Source of the DNA: Pelagomonas calceolata
Taxonomy: Eukaryota
NCBI GenBank assembly: GCA_918797485.1
Contig: CAKKNE010000006.1
Span: forward strand, 1,178,001-1,242,000
Length of the DNA: 64,000 nucleotides
Direction: 5' to 3'
In this document: one piece after another, positions 28,692 through 38,751 of the stretch
Numbering within the stretch: position 1 is the stretch's first letter
Layout of the letters: the number at the start of each line of letters is the position of its first letter
Notes under the pieces: model-generated
Told to the model about the DNA's origin: nothing
Databases searched by the model: none
The model's input: only the letters and a program-made list of their open reading frames with translations
Translations under genes and position numbers: made by a program

Positions 28692-29816
28692 TTAGGAATG
28701 CGGCGCCTCGCGGAGGGCGGCTCGCGATCTTTCCAAGTCGCGCTCTATTGGCCCTAAGAACGGGTGCCCGCCACCCATCACGCGCCGCGCGATCCGAACC
28801 GTGTCCTCGTACGTCGTCACGGCCTCGCGGAGATCATCGAGCGTGGCCGCGGGGTCCGTATAGAGCGCCCGCGCATAATGCGCCCTCATCGAGAGCGTAA
28901 GTAGATGACTCTCTCCAAGAATGCGTCGCGCCACGGGTATCGTTTTGCGCAGCAACTTCTTGGCTTCTTCGAAGCGCTTTTGATCAACAAGAAAACGCGC
29001 GTAGTTGTTGGCCTCTCGAATTGTTTCATAATGTTCTTCGCCGTGGATCTTCAGCCATCCAGAGTAGACGTCTCGTCGCAATAGCAGGGCCCTTTCAGGC
29101 CGTTGCAGCGCTTCATACGTGTTTGCAAGATTTCCATGCACGATGAGAATGTTTTCTATTAATGCGCCATGGCGCTGCAGCATAGCCAACTCGGCCTCTT
29201 GCACGGACAAGGCGTCCTCGGGGTGATTCGCACGGGAGAAACTGCTCCCAAGCTGCCTCATCGCCATCAACCGAGTCCAGTGTGCCTCTGGCCGGCCCAC
29301 GTACGTCTTCCAGCACGCCCAGCTGAGCGCGCAGTTCACGACGCCGTGGTATTCTTGCTCGCAAAGGCTACACGTGTGCCATCGACAAGTCGTCGTTTGC
29401 AACTTTTCAGGCCCCAAATTGTTTTCCTCGGCTTCAGCGACTAAAATCTTCGCCTGCTCCGCCAAGCAAGACACGTGCGCGAAGCCCGCCGTGCCGCGGC
29501 ACGCACACCCGCGCACGAGGCCCTCCTTCGTTTTCCAGTGGAGGGCCTGCGTGCAGATGTAGCACGTCTGGCCCTTGGTGTCGTCCGCGCACGCCTCGGC
29601 CGCGACGGCTACGGCCTCCGTGTACTTCTTATTTGCGTTATATTGCTCTGCGCCGCCTGCTTTTTTAATCAATTTGCAGAGCTTGTCGTGCCCGCCTTCT
29701 TTCCAGTGCTGCACCTGGCATTCAGGCCCACAATAGCGCGTGCTGCAGCGGCCACATTTCTTCCCCAATGATAAGCCCAGTGGGGCAGCGCAGACGGCGC
29801 ACTGCGTGAGTATCAT
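28692..29816 (-). CDS. zf-MYND + RING-variant (C4HC3) + TPR-like repeat protein (paralog A)
   Basis: CAVC...CGRCSTRYCGPECQVQHW...H...C; CYIC...CACRGTAGFAHVSCL...CSLC; kinesin-light-chain-like TPR repeats (NLANTY, GEEH..T). First ATG at 29816. Confidence 0.8.
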   Translation of the reverse strand: MILTQCAVCAAPLGLSLGKKCGRCSTRYCGPECQVQHWKEGGHDKLCKLIKKAGGAEQYNANKKYTEAVAVAAEACADDTKGQTCYICTQALHWKTKEGLVRGCACRGTAGFAHVSCLAEQAKILVAEAEENNLGPEKLQTTTCRWHTCSLCEQEYHGVVNCALSWACWKTYVGRPEAHWTRLMAMRQLGSSFSRANHPEDALSVQEAELAMLQRHGALIENILIVHGNLANTYEALQRPERALLLRRDVYSGWLKIHGEEHYETIREANNYARFLVDQKRFEEAKKLLRKTIPVARRILGESHLLTLSMRAHYARALYTDPAATLDDLREAVTTYEDTVRIARRVMGGGHPFLGPIERDLERSRAALREAPHS

Positions 29817-29886
29817 CTCTCTTGTGGTCAATTGCGTGCGCTGCGTCCTTTTGAGTGTCTTTGGCTTTGCTCCCCTTGCCTGCCTG

Positions 29887-29909
29887 CTAGTGCCTTACTC
29901 GACGCTAGC
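29887..29909 (-). promoter_or_regulatory. Recurrent promoter motif copy
   Basis: CTAGTGCCTTACTCGACGCTAGC in a divergent gap. Confidence 0.7.
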
Positions 29910-30057
29910 TGCGAGCTGGGCAAAAAACGCAGTTCTGCCGCAAAAATCAGCTAGCTTCGCACACACGCAATCAAGAGCGGCAGCCAGCCTATCCCGTGCC
30001 CGCCACCCGAAGAGCGCGTCGACGAGGCGCCGGAAGTCCCTCAAACAGGCCTGCACC

Positions 30058-31752
30058 ATGGATGGCCTTTCTGCGCTCATCGAAGCGTCCGCCGGTGACC
30101 GTCCGGAGGCGGCGCGCGCGCCGCCGCCGGAGGTGCCAGAACCGAAGCTCGAGGCGCCGCGCGCGAGCGTGACGCCGCCGCTCGCGACCGCGCCCGTTCC
30201 CGATGCTCCTCCGGCCCCCGCGGCCGCCGCTGCCGCGGCGCCGGCGGCCCAGAACATGGCATTGCCCACCGTCGCTGCGCCGCAGCCCGTGGCCGCCGTC
30301 GCTCCACCGGCGCCGACCACCGCGGCACTGATGGCCGCCGCGGCACCGATGGCCGCCGCGGCGCCGCCTCACGCCGTCGCCGCGCCGGCGCCGGTCACGA
30401 CGGCACCACCGGCCGCCGCGGCAACGGACGCAGCGGCGCGCAAGCTCGCGGCGGACCACGCCGCGATCCGCGAGGCCTACGCGCGCGAGCAGGCCGCCGC
30501 GGCGCCGCCTGCGCCACCTGCAGCGCCCCTCGTCCAGGGCGTCGACGACGAGTGGGCCGACTGGCGGGGTTGTATTTGTGGAGGGAGTTATTATGGGGAG
30601 ATGGTGGGCTGCGACGGGCACTGCGACAACTGGTTCCACTTCGCGTGCGTCGGTTTGACACGGCTGCCGCGCGGCGAGTGGCTCTGCCAGGACTGCAAGA
30701 ATAAACCGAAGAAGAAGAAGCAGAAGGTCGAGGAACCGCCGCCACCACCACCTCAAAAAAAGAAACGGGAGAATCCCGCCCATTCGAAGCACGAGCGCAA
30801 AGATAGGGAACAACTCGAGGCGTTGGTCGAGCGGGCCAAGCCCCTCAAGTTCGTTGGAGGTCGAGCTCCGAGTGACCACACGTGTAGTGGTGCGGGGTTC
30901 TGCTCGCTCGATCCGTCGATCTTTGCACCTTTGCAGCAGTTGCATGCCAATATAGTAGCGGCTTTAAGAAGAGGCAAACTGTTACAATCGTGGGAGGGCA
31001 AGGGGAAAGATGTGCGAGAACGGGGCTTCGCTTTTCTACCACCTACGATGATTCCCGTCTGGGATCGCGCTCGTCTAGAAAAAGGCGGTCTGCGCTTCGG
31101 CGCGGCCCAGAAGGAGGGTCAAGACTTCTTGAACGACGAGGAGGCGAACTGGAAGTCGTCGTTCCACCTCTTTCCTCGCGATGTCTCTCCTGAAGCGCGG
31201 ACGGCGCTACACGCGTTGATCGAGTTAGTTAAACAAAGAGTAGATGATAAATACAAGGACTACGTCAGTCTGGAGAATCTCATAGCACTACAACCAAACC
31301 TGCACAACGACGCGAAGCACCTCCCACCGCACCTCGACTTTCCGATGCATGATGGCTTTGGCGTCGTCATCGTGACCATCCAGATGGCGGGGCCGCAGTC
31401 CGTGATTGCGTTGCTGAAGGGTGCCGATAGCGATTTCGACGTCACGGTCGAGAAGGAGAAGGAGCGGTGCTGGACGTTTTCTCTCAATGTGGGCGACTGT
31501 TATATCCTGTCGGGGGATGCGAGAAACGTCTGCGACCATGGGGTATTGTGTGTGGGCGGTGGTCGCCGTTCGCATAAAGTGGACGCGGCGCGCGAGTCGC
31601 TGAATTTGAGGTTTGGGTTGCACACGCCGGCGTTTGCCGACGAGGAAGTCTACTGGCAGTTCCCCTCGTTCTCTTCTACCTTGCAAGCGGCGGCGCAGGC
31701 GTCGCACAACGGGGAGGCGCCGGCGTCGAAGGGGCGGCGGCGGCGGCGCTAG
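30058..31752 (+). CDS. PHD finger + AlkB-like 2OG-Fe(II) dioxygenase domain protein
   Basis: ING-type PHD CICGGSYYGEMVGCD..CDNWFHFACVGL...PRGEWLCQDC; HLD...GVVIVTI...GDCYILSGDAR...HGV...RESLNLR; NLS-like basic runs. Confidence 0.7.
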   Translation: MDGLSALIEASAGDRPEAARAPPPEVPEPKLEAPRASVTPPLATAPVPDAPPAPAAAAAAAPAAQNMALPTVAAPQPVAAVAPPAPTTAALMAAAAPMAAAAPPHAVAAPAPVTTAPPAAAATDAAARKLAADHAAIREAYAREQAAAAPPAPPAAPLVQGVDDEWADWRGCICGGSYYGEMVGCDGHCDNWFHFACVGLTRLPRGEWLCQDCKNKPKKKKQKVEEPPPPPPQKKKRENPAHSKHERKDREQLEALVERAKPLKFVGGRAPSDHTCSGAGFCSLDPSIFAPLQQLHANIVAALRRGKLLQSWEGKGKDVRERGFAFLPPTMIPVWDRARLEKGGLRFGAAQKEGQDFLNDEEANWKSSFHLFPRDVSPEARTALHALIELVKQRVDDKYKDYVSLENLIALQPNLHNDAKHLPPHLDFPMHDGFGVVIVTIQMAGPQSVIALLKGADSDFDVTVEKEKERCWTFSLNVGDCYILSGDARNVCDHGVLCVGGGRRSHKVDAARESLNLRFGLHTPAFADEEVYWQFPSFSSTLQAAAQASHNGEAPASKGRRRRR

Positions 31753-32031
31753 GCCTGTGGTAAGTTATCTCATCTCCTCCCGCGCGACCCTGGCGGTTTC
31801 GGCTGTTTTTGTGCCCCCAGCTTGTTGCATCCGTAGATCAGCGTCGAATGACGACCCGTCGCATGCCATTCAAAGCTGCGTCGACGCCTAAAAAACAAAT
31901 CGGTGCAAATTGCGTGTCCAGCTTGACACCGCCACTCTGCGCTCGTCCTCATCATCTGGCGCCCTATTGATCAAAAGCAGCTGCGAAGCACTTAAACACT
32001 CATCGGATCTCAGCCTTCGCGAAGTTTAACG

Positions 32032-32706
32032 ATGCCTCGTTCGCTTATCGTGGCGCTTGGGCTCCTGCACTCGGCAGCCAGCTTCCAACCCACCAGCCGC
32101 GCGGTCACGCGGACAGCACCGCTCCAGGCGGGCTTCGCGACGACGACGCGTAAAAAGAAAGTCAAAAAGGGCAAGGGATCGAAGAGCAAGGACGCCGCCG
32201 GGCTGACCACAGACAAGGGCTGGGTCCCGCTCGACGAGCTCACCGAGCGAGTAGAGCTAGGCTCCGCGAAGGCCGTCGGGCGCAGTGCGTAAATCAGATT
32301 GTCGCGTCGATGGCGTGGAGTGCACCCGTCTCACTGGTCGATTTGTGCACAGGTCGGCCGCACGATCCAGGGCAAGCCGTATTTAGTAAGACGCCTCTCG
32401 AACGGCGCGCTCGCCACCACATCAACGGAGTGCGGCCGCTGCGAGTACCCGCTCTTGCAAGCCGAACAAAAAACCTTCGAGGACTCGGAGTTCATCTGCT
32501 GCGACATGTGTGGCGCGACCTTCGACGTTGAGGACGGCGCGCCGCAACCCTCCGCCGAGGGCGCCGGCAAGCCGTTATTTGGGGCTCTTTTGAAGGCCAA
32601 GCCGCAGAAGAGTCTGCTCGTCTTCGAGAACCGCGAGCTGAAGGACGGGAGCGTCTACGTGAACATCACGCCCAAGAGCAAGCAGTTGTTCGAGGACGAG
32701 GAGTAA
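32032..32706 (+). CDS. Plastid-targeted Rieske-fold-like protein with 4-Cys ligands, join(32032..32274,32353..32706)
   Basis: Signal + AASF presequence; WVPL, CGRCEYPL...ICCDMCGATFDVEDG, L..F......G.VYV as in Rieske ferredoxin folds. Confidence 0.65.
32275..32352 (+). mobile_element. Short introner-like GT-AG intron (78 nt) with 7/8 TSD
   Basis: GTCGGGCG vs GTCGGCCG; imperfect TIR CAGTGCGTAAATC / GATTTGTGCACAG; contains an in-frame TAA and the GTCGCGTCGATGGCGT core. Confidence 0.8.
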
Positions 32707-32725
32707 TAGTTTGTTGTCTTATATT

Positions 32726-35305
32726 TCACACCACAGTCTCGCCCCACCGATTCGGCCGCGCGTCGAAGCTGCCGCGCCGCAGCAGGTGCGGGTTCCCGCC
32801 ATCAGACACGGACGAGAGCGCCGACGCGTAGTCGCTCGAGGGCGGCTTCGGCGGCGTCTTCGGTGGTGGTGATGGCGCGAGGGACTCCAACGGTAACGCT
32901 GGCAATAGACCTAGCGCGACGGTGGACGACCGCCGCGCCGACGCCTTCTCCGTCAACTCCTCATCCGTGAGCTCAGCTAGAGCCATCACCGCCTTCAAAG
33001 CACTTTCGGCATCCGACGGCCGGAAGGCGTCGGCAAACCCCTCCGCGTCCCCAGCGCACAATCGAGCACAGACGTCATGCGCGTGCAGGGCGTCCCGTCG
33101 TCTTGAATCATCTTCCAAGGCGCCGCGCGCGGCTGTATCTAAAGCGGCAGAATCCCGCACGAACGCCGAGGCGACGAGCTCCGCTTGGGTCGGCGGCCGT
33201 ACCGAAGCCTGCGCGTGCATCGCCGCCCTTTCAAAAGCCGACGTGCCTCGTTGTATGGAGGGCCGCGCTATTTTGTCGACGCGGTCCAGCCGTAGAGCTA
33301 AACAACGCATCGCGACGCGTTCCAACGCACAGGCGGCCACGAAGGCCCGGTCCGCGTCGTCGGGCTCCAGCGCTTGGACGGCGTTCAGCGCTTGCGTTAA
33401 TTGGCGCGCACTCTCCGCAACGGACGAAGCCGTCAGCGTAAAAGCCACCACTGAGGAGGAAGTTGCTTCCTGCACATGTGCACCGACACCAGGCGGCATC
33501 GCGAGGCCCCACTCGGCCGCAAAATGCCGGATATGAGAGAGGCGTTTCAACGCCGCGGCGGCGTGAGCCGTAGATGATGAGGGCTTCGTCGCCGCGTCGG
33601 CGAGCGCCTGTAAACAAGCTTCCGCCGTCGCCGGTCGTGCGGTCGCGGGACACTCGTCCACGAGCCGTTTCGCGGTCTTGGCGGCCTCGGCAGGGGTTGA
33701 TCGCGCAGCCACATCAGAAGCCGCGGCGCGCGCGCGCAGCGCTGACAAATCAGAGACGATGGCTTGGACGGAGGCGTCGTCCGGGAGCGCCGAGGCCCAC
33801 CTTAATAAAGGGTCGACGCGGTCGGTACTGTCACAATCCGCCGCCCGTTTTTGGGCGTCCTCAGCTCTCAGACGCAGCCGCGGCACGGCCTCTAATAAAA
33901 CAGCTTCCCGGCCCGACGCGCCGCCGTGGTCGAGGACATTCCTACAAGCCTTGGCATGTAGAGCTACTGCGGACGCAGCCGTCGGCGCGTTCTCGCAGCG
34001 CTCGCCCGCTCTACTCAACGCGCGCCGCCAGGCGTCGCGCCTCTCAGTGTCATCTTGGACCGCCTTTGCCGCCTTCGCCGCATCTGATGGAGACGCCCCT
34101 CTTTGCCCCGGCAGCAACGCGCACGCAGCCACAGCCTTGGCTGCACTTGCAATGCTCGCCGCCGCCGCGACCTCCGCCGCTTGGGACGCCTCGGAGGCTA
34201 GCGCTCTCAGTGAATCCGCCAGGGCGTGGTGCTGCGCGACCGTCGAAGCGGACGCGGTCCTCCTAGCGGCGGCCCGGGCAGCGCAGACCGAGGCCCGGTC
34301 GACGTGCTGTCGGGCCCGTTCCACCGCTTGTAGGGCGTCTTCCGCGTCCTCCTCGTCTTCCTCTTCCGAGGTACTATCCTCCTTCGTCTCGACGCGCACA
34401 GAATCACTTCGTCGCGCATCGACGCGCCTCCGAAACCGCCGCGCCTCCAGGGGATCTGAAGCTCGAAACACGACGCGCGGCCCGCCCCGCTGCACGAGCA
34501 CCACACAAGACGCGTCCGCGCCGCAGACGCTTCGCACGAGCTCGGCATGCATGAGTTCGCCCGACGTGTGTTTGTCCGGCCCCGCCCACCTGACCAGAGA
34601 CCGCTCCACTCTCACAGAAACCTGGCATTCGCGCACGGGCGCCAGGGTCCACCTTCGGACATCCGCCCTCGCGTCCAACCGCGACTGTTGGATATGCAGC
34701 TCGAAGTCGTCCTGATCATCAGTATCGAAAGTTGTGGAAGGCTTCGACGCCGGGTATAACAATTGCGTCTTCGCTTGCGACGAGATGCGCCACCGGTTCA
34801 GGACGTCTATTATACAGTGCGAGGAATCCACCGGTAACAACCCAGTATCCGTCGACGCCACCAGCACGACATCGACTGCCGCACTCAACCCTAGATACCT
34901 CCCGCACCGTCTCGACAAGACAGCTAGGGTCTCCGTCGCGTGGATCGGAAAGACCTTACAACTTCCATCAGCAAAAAACACCCGCACCTTCTCGTCGTCG
35001 TTTACGACGAGGCTCCCCTCGTCCACAAACCGTCTCAGCTTCGAATTCGAAGCCTGGCGCTTCTCTTCGTCCGATTGCCCCAGGAGTTTTTCGTGATGCG
35101 CCGTCCAGCAGCCGTCGCAGACGCGCTCGTCCTTCTCGTCGTCGTTTTTCAGTGCATTGCGCGCGCACGACCCGCAGAAGACGCCGCCGCACCGCCGGCA
35201 GTGGTGCCGCCGCCGCGCCACCGCAAAGACGCGCTCGCAGCCGAAGCAGGTCTTCGTGGCGGCGTCGGAGACCCAGAGCTCGTCTTTATCGGTGTTGGAG
35301 CTCAT
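32726..35305 (-). CDS. FYVE zinc-finger protein with ubiquitin-like/PH-like and helical regions
   Basis: WVSD....CFGC...F....RRHHCRRCGGVFCGSC...RVCDGC. Start MSSNTD at 35305. Confidence 0.75.
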   Translation of the reverse strand: MSSNTDKDELWVSDAATKTCFGCERVFAVARRRHHCRRCGGVFCGSCARNALKNDDEKDERVCDGCWTAHHEKLLGQSDEEKRQASNSKLRRFVDEGSLVVNDDEKVRVFFADGSCKVFPIHATETLAVLSRRCGRYLGLSAAVDVVLVASTDTGLLPVDSSHCIIDVLNRWRISSQAKTQLLYPASKPSTTFDTDDQDDFELHIQQSRLDARADVRRWTLAPVRECQVSVRVERSLVRWAGPDKHTSGELMHAELVRSVCGADASCVVLVQRGGPRVVFRASDPLEARRFRRRVDARRSDSVRVETKEDSTSEEEDEEDAEDALQAVERARQHVDRASVCAARAAARRTASASTVAQHHALADSLRALASEASQAAEVAAAASIASAAKAVAACALLPGQRGASPSDAAKAAKAVQDDTERRDAWRRALSRAGERCENAPTAASAVALHAKACRNVLDHGGASGREAVLLEAVPRLRLRAEDAQKRAADCDSTDRVDPLLRWASALPDDASVQAIVSDLSALRARAAASDVAARSTPAEAAKTAKRLVDECPATARPATAEACLQALADAATKPSSSTAHAAAALKRLSHIRHFAAEWGLAMPPGVGAHVQEATSSSVVAFTLTASSVAESARQLTQALNAVQALEPDDADRAFVAACALERVAMRCLALRLDRVDKIARPSIQRGTSAFERAAMHAQASVRPPTQAELVASAFVRDSAALDTAARGALEDDSRRRDALHAHDVCARLCAGDAEGFADAFRPSDAESALKAVMALAELTDEELTEKASARRSSTVALGLLPALPLESLAPSPPPKTPPKPPSSDYASALSSVSDGGNPHLLRRGSFDARPNRWGETVV

Positions 35306-35489
35306 CCTTGCTGACCGCGCGCCTCGATTGTTCTGCACAGCTACACTGGAATTGGCTCTGCGTGAAATTGCTGGGCCCACCGGTGGCGCAGTCGTGCTCT
35401 GTCTATCAAGGCGTGTCTCTGCTGTTGCGGTAGTCCCTCCTTGGCCGCTGTAACTCGTGCTTTGCCGCTTTGGTCGAATGCTCGGCTTT

Positions 35490-35511
35490 CTAGTGTCTTA
35501 CAGCCGCTAGC
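35490..35511 (-). promoter_or_regulatory. Recurrent promoter motif copy
   Basis: CTAGTGTCTTACAGCCGCTAGC in a divergent gap. Confidence 0.7.
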
Positions 35512-35675
35512 CGGCACAGAGCGCGACTTTCACGCGGCTTGTACGCCACACCAGGACGTCGCAGGGACGCGTGCTTCAAGGCACGGCCAGACATTAAAGA
35601 CAGCTTGAGTTGCCGCAGCTCTCCGGGGCGTGAAACTCGGCCTGATGCGCGAGCAAGGCACAGAGCATTAGCAAG

Positions 35676-36578
35676 ATGCGTGGCCTCTTAGTCCTGCAGA
35701 TGATGCGTGCGAGCGCCATAATAGCGCGCCGCGGCCGCTCCTCCCTGGTCTCGGCGCCCTGGCTCAAGATCAATCTAAACGACCCGAAGATTAGAGTATT
35801 AGACGTGACTCAAGCTCTCGACCGGACGACAAACACAGTCTCGCCGAGCGTCGACACGTACATGACCTCGCACATCCCCGGCGCTCGATTCGTGGACGTT
35901 GGCGGCCGGCTCTCTACGCCAAATCCGAAGCTGCACAACTTAGCACCGTCTCCCGAGCAGTTCGCCGCCGAGCTGTCGCGCCAGGGCGTCGACGACGACT
36001 CTCACGTAGTCTTATATAGCTCGTCGAAGGTCATGTGGGCGACGCGCGTCTGGTACCTCATGAACGCCTTCGGCTTCGAGGGCCAGGTCTCGGTGCTCGA
36101 CGGCGGCCTCAAGGCCTGGACGCGCGCCGGCGGCGGCACGGTCAGCGGCGTCGAGCCAAAGCCGACGCCGACGACGCTGCCGATCCGCCAAGCGCGGCGG
36201 ACGGCATTTGCTGGTAAGGACGACGTCCTCCGCGCCATCGACGAAGAAAAAACACTGGTGGACACCCTCAAGCCCACGAGCTTCGACGGCTCGAAGCCGT
36301 CGCGCTACGGCCGCCGCGGCCACATCCGCACGGCGGTCAACGTTCCATACACGTCGCTCCTCGACGAGGCAGGCTGTTTCCTCCCCGAGCCCGAACTACG
36401 CCGCGCCTTCGCCGGCGTCGCCGAGGACGGGCTCGTGGCCTACTGAGGCAGCGGGATCAGCGCGACGGTCTTCTTGTTTGCCGCCGTATTGCTCGGCCGC
36501 GACCCGTCGACGCTATCCCTATACGACGCGAGCCTCAGCGAGTGGGCCGCCGCCGACGACCTGCCCATGGCGCCATGA
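35676..36578 (+). CDS. Two-domain rhodanese / 3-mercaptopyruvate sulfurtransferase, selenoprotein (UGA 36444-36446 = Sec at the catalytic Cys site)
   Basis: HIPGA, VLDGGL.AW, GHI..AVN; readthrough gives LVAY-U-GSGISA...LYDASLSEW, matching CGSG and LYDGSWSEW. Stop TGA 36576-36578. Confidence 0.88.
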
Positions 36579-36631
36579 TGACGGCCGACGCCCTTCCCTT
36601 GCCGGGGAGACGCCGGCCCGACGCCGCCATG
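36566..36631 (+). promoter_or_regulatory. SECIS-like element overlapping the rhodanese stop codon
   Basis: CAUGGCG..AUGAC-GGCCGACGC-CC-UUCCC(UUGCC)GGGGA-GACGCCGGCC-CGAC..CGCCAUG: type II-like fold with C residues in place of the AA bulge. Confidence 0.7.
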
Positions 36632-36720
36632 CCCTAAGGTCACTGTTGTTAGACATAATAGTACACGCAACCCCCCACGACGTCGATGCGACCGATAACA
36701 CGACGCGATGTTATACAAAC

Positions 36721-38751
36721 CTACTTCTTGCGAGCCCTCTTCGCCGGCTTCTTCGCCGCCGGCTTCGCCGCGGCCCGGACGAGCGCCGGGGCCACGCGCT
36801 CCTCGCGGTCGCCGTCGTCGTAGGCGACGGCGTAGGTGCCGTCCTCGTTCACACCATCGATCTTGCCGGGGAACCACTCGACGTCGCCGCGGAAGCGCGC
36901 CTCGACCGCCGCGCCGACCGCCAGCGCCTCCGCGGCGGCGGGGGCCCAAGAGTAACACCAGGACCGCCGCGCCTCGTCGACGGGCAGCTCACAATCACTA
37001 CGAAAAACGACGGTGCCCTTCGACGGTTCGCTTTCGCAGGACCAGGTCTCGTCCGTCCAGTGCTCCTGGCCGTCGACGGCCATGACGTCCAAGATCCTAG
37101 GACCGAAGACCTGGCACCTCGCGTGCTTTGCCGCGAGATCCTCCCGTCTCCCTCCATCGGTCCTCTTCACTTGCGCGCAGACAAACGAGCGAGCCGGAGT
37201 GTTGGCGGGAGCGTTCCCTAGCAGGTCCAGGCACCAGTGCGCGCCGTTGTCGTCACACCGCAACGTCTTCTGCACACTCTTGGAAGGATCGCATTGCGGG
37301 ATGATGCCTTCCAAGCCGACTAGTATGGGTTCCGGCGCGCCAGGCGACCATTTGGCGCACCAGTGATATAAAGGTACCATCTTTTTCGAGAGCCGGCGTT
37401 CGACGACGGGCCACTTCACTTCTAGACTATCGAACGCGCGCACGGCGGCGCTCTGCGAGGCGCCGGTCATGACCTCGTCGGCTCGGTACGCGTCCTGCAC
37501 AGTAGCTGCGTTGCGGTCTTCCGAGAGCGATCGGACCCCTCTCGACGTATTTGCTGTTCTTAAATCAGGACTCTGCCTTTCGGCCAAGCGTCGACAGACG
37601 GCGTCGGGCTCATACAGTACAACGTCGGCCCCTATGGACTGTAAGTACAAGGCTCGAGGCGCGTCCCTATCGCAGAGCCACTTCTCGCCCTTGTTCTCCG
37701 GGACGGTATAATCAGCTAACGCTCGCAACTCAGCAGCGTGCCGCGAGGACACCTCGTTGATCTCCGCGCTTATTGATAAGTTACCTAGCCTGATAGCAGG
37801 TAACCCGTTCGCCGAATAAGAAGTTAATTTGGCCGTCGCGCTTCTCGAATCGACAGAAGCACATAAAAAGCCCCACGCGTCGTACCGCCCCAGCGCCTCC
37901 GCCGCTCCGATCGTCTCATGTATCTCCCGCACCGTGTCGATCGTGTTGTGCAGTCGGATAGTGCCCCACAAAATACATTCAAATTCCAACACTACTAAAT
38001 CAACACCATCGGTGCTCTCGGGCCACTCCAACGAGTCCGCGGACCGTAGCGCCTCGTGCTTCTGAAAAGGGACCTTCCCAAAAAAGTCCGTGCGGACTTC
38101 CACGCGACCCTCGACGTCGCACCGTTCCAGGAAATAGGCTCCTAGTTCGTTCGTCGGCGTCCAGCTCGGTGCGGCCGTGCACTGTTTCAATAGTTCGCGG
38201 CCGTACGCTTGGCAGACGGGCGGGAGTGTCGTGTCGTCTCTCACGACCACCGTTCTCAGATAAGTAGAACATACGGAAGGCACGACGTAGGTGCACGTGT
38301 CGTAACCGTGTAACTTAAACGTATTTAAATATTTAGAAGCTTGCTTGGCATACTCGGGTAGATTTTCAGAGGTATGTAGGGTACCCAAAATTTCCGAGAC
38401 CATGACGTCGAACTTGACATCTTTATCGGCCGCATATTCTTCTACCGTGCCGTGGTATATTTCATACTTTTCTGCTGGGATGTTTGCGGCTTTCAGGGCC
38501 CTTGTCGCGAGTGAGCACATCGTGTGGTTCGTGTCGACGCCGACGACCTTCGCCGCGCCGTGCATCAAAGCTAATCGTGTTAATAGGCCCGTGCCGCAGC
38601 CGAGATCTAAGACTAATGGAGCTCTGCCCTGTTGCTTCCGGAACTGGCCGATGCACTGTTTTATGGCCTCGGCGTATTTTACGTTTCGATCTTCGTCGGC
38701 GAGCATGGCTAAGAAATACGTGGCGAAACCTTGGTCCGCCGGTTGATACAT
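36721..38751 (-). CDS. PRMT7/9-like protein arginine methyltransferase with C-terminal Tudor-like domain
   Basis: MLADEDRNVKY..AI, VLDLGCGTGLL, VSEILGT...E; C-terminal VGAAVEARFRG...WFPGKI..VNEDGTYAVAYDDGDRE. Confidence 0.7.
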   Translation of the reverse strand: MYQPADQGFATYFLAMLADEDRNVKYAEAIKQCIGQFRKQQGRAPLVLDLGCGTGLLTRLALMHGAAKVVGVDTNHTMCSLATRALKAANIPAEKYEIYHGTVEEYAADKDVKFDVMVSEILGTLHTSENLPEYAKQASKYLNTFKLHGYDTCTYVVPSVCSTYLRTVVVRDDTTLPPVCQAYGRELLKQCTAAPSWTPTNELGAYFLERCDVEGRVEVRTDFFGKVPFQKHEALRSADSLEWPESTDGVDLVVLEFECILWGTIRLHNTIDTVREIHETIGAAEALGRYDAWGFLCASVDSRSATAKLTSYSANGLPAIRLGNLSISAEINEVSSRHAAELRALADYTVPENKGEKWLCDRDAPRALYLQSIGADVVLYEPDAVCRRLAERQSPDLRTANTSRGVRSLSEDRNAATVQDAYRADEVMTGASQSAAVRAFDSLEVKWPVVERRLSKKMVPLYHWCAKWSPGAPEPILVGLEGIIPQCDPSKSVQKTLRCDDNGAHWCLDLLGNAPANTPARSFVCAQVKRTDGGRREDLAAKHARCQVFGPRILDVMAVDGQEHWTDETWSCESEPSKGTVVFRSDCELPVDEARRSWCYSWAPAAAEALAVGAAVEARFRGDVEWFPGKIDGVNEDGTYAVAYDDGDREERVAPALVRAAAKPAAKKPAKRARKK

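Noticed and set aside
29740..30057. Long N-terminal extensions in the ORF track (also 905, 3905, 6458, 24307, 38910, 41626, 45393, 53133, 60509)
   Set aside because: They mostly begin at non-ATG codons and several run through promoter motifs; downstream ATGs give sensible presequences or domain starts.
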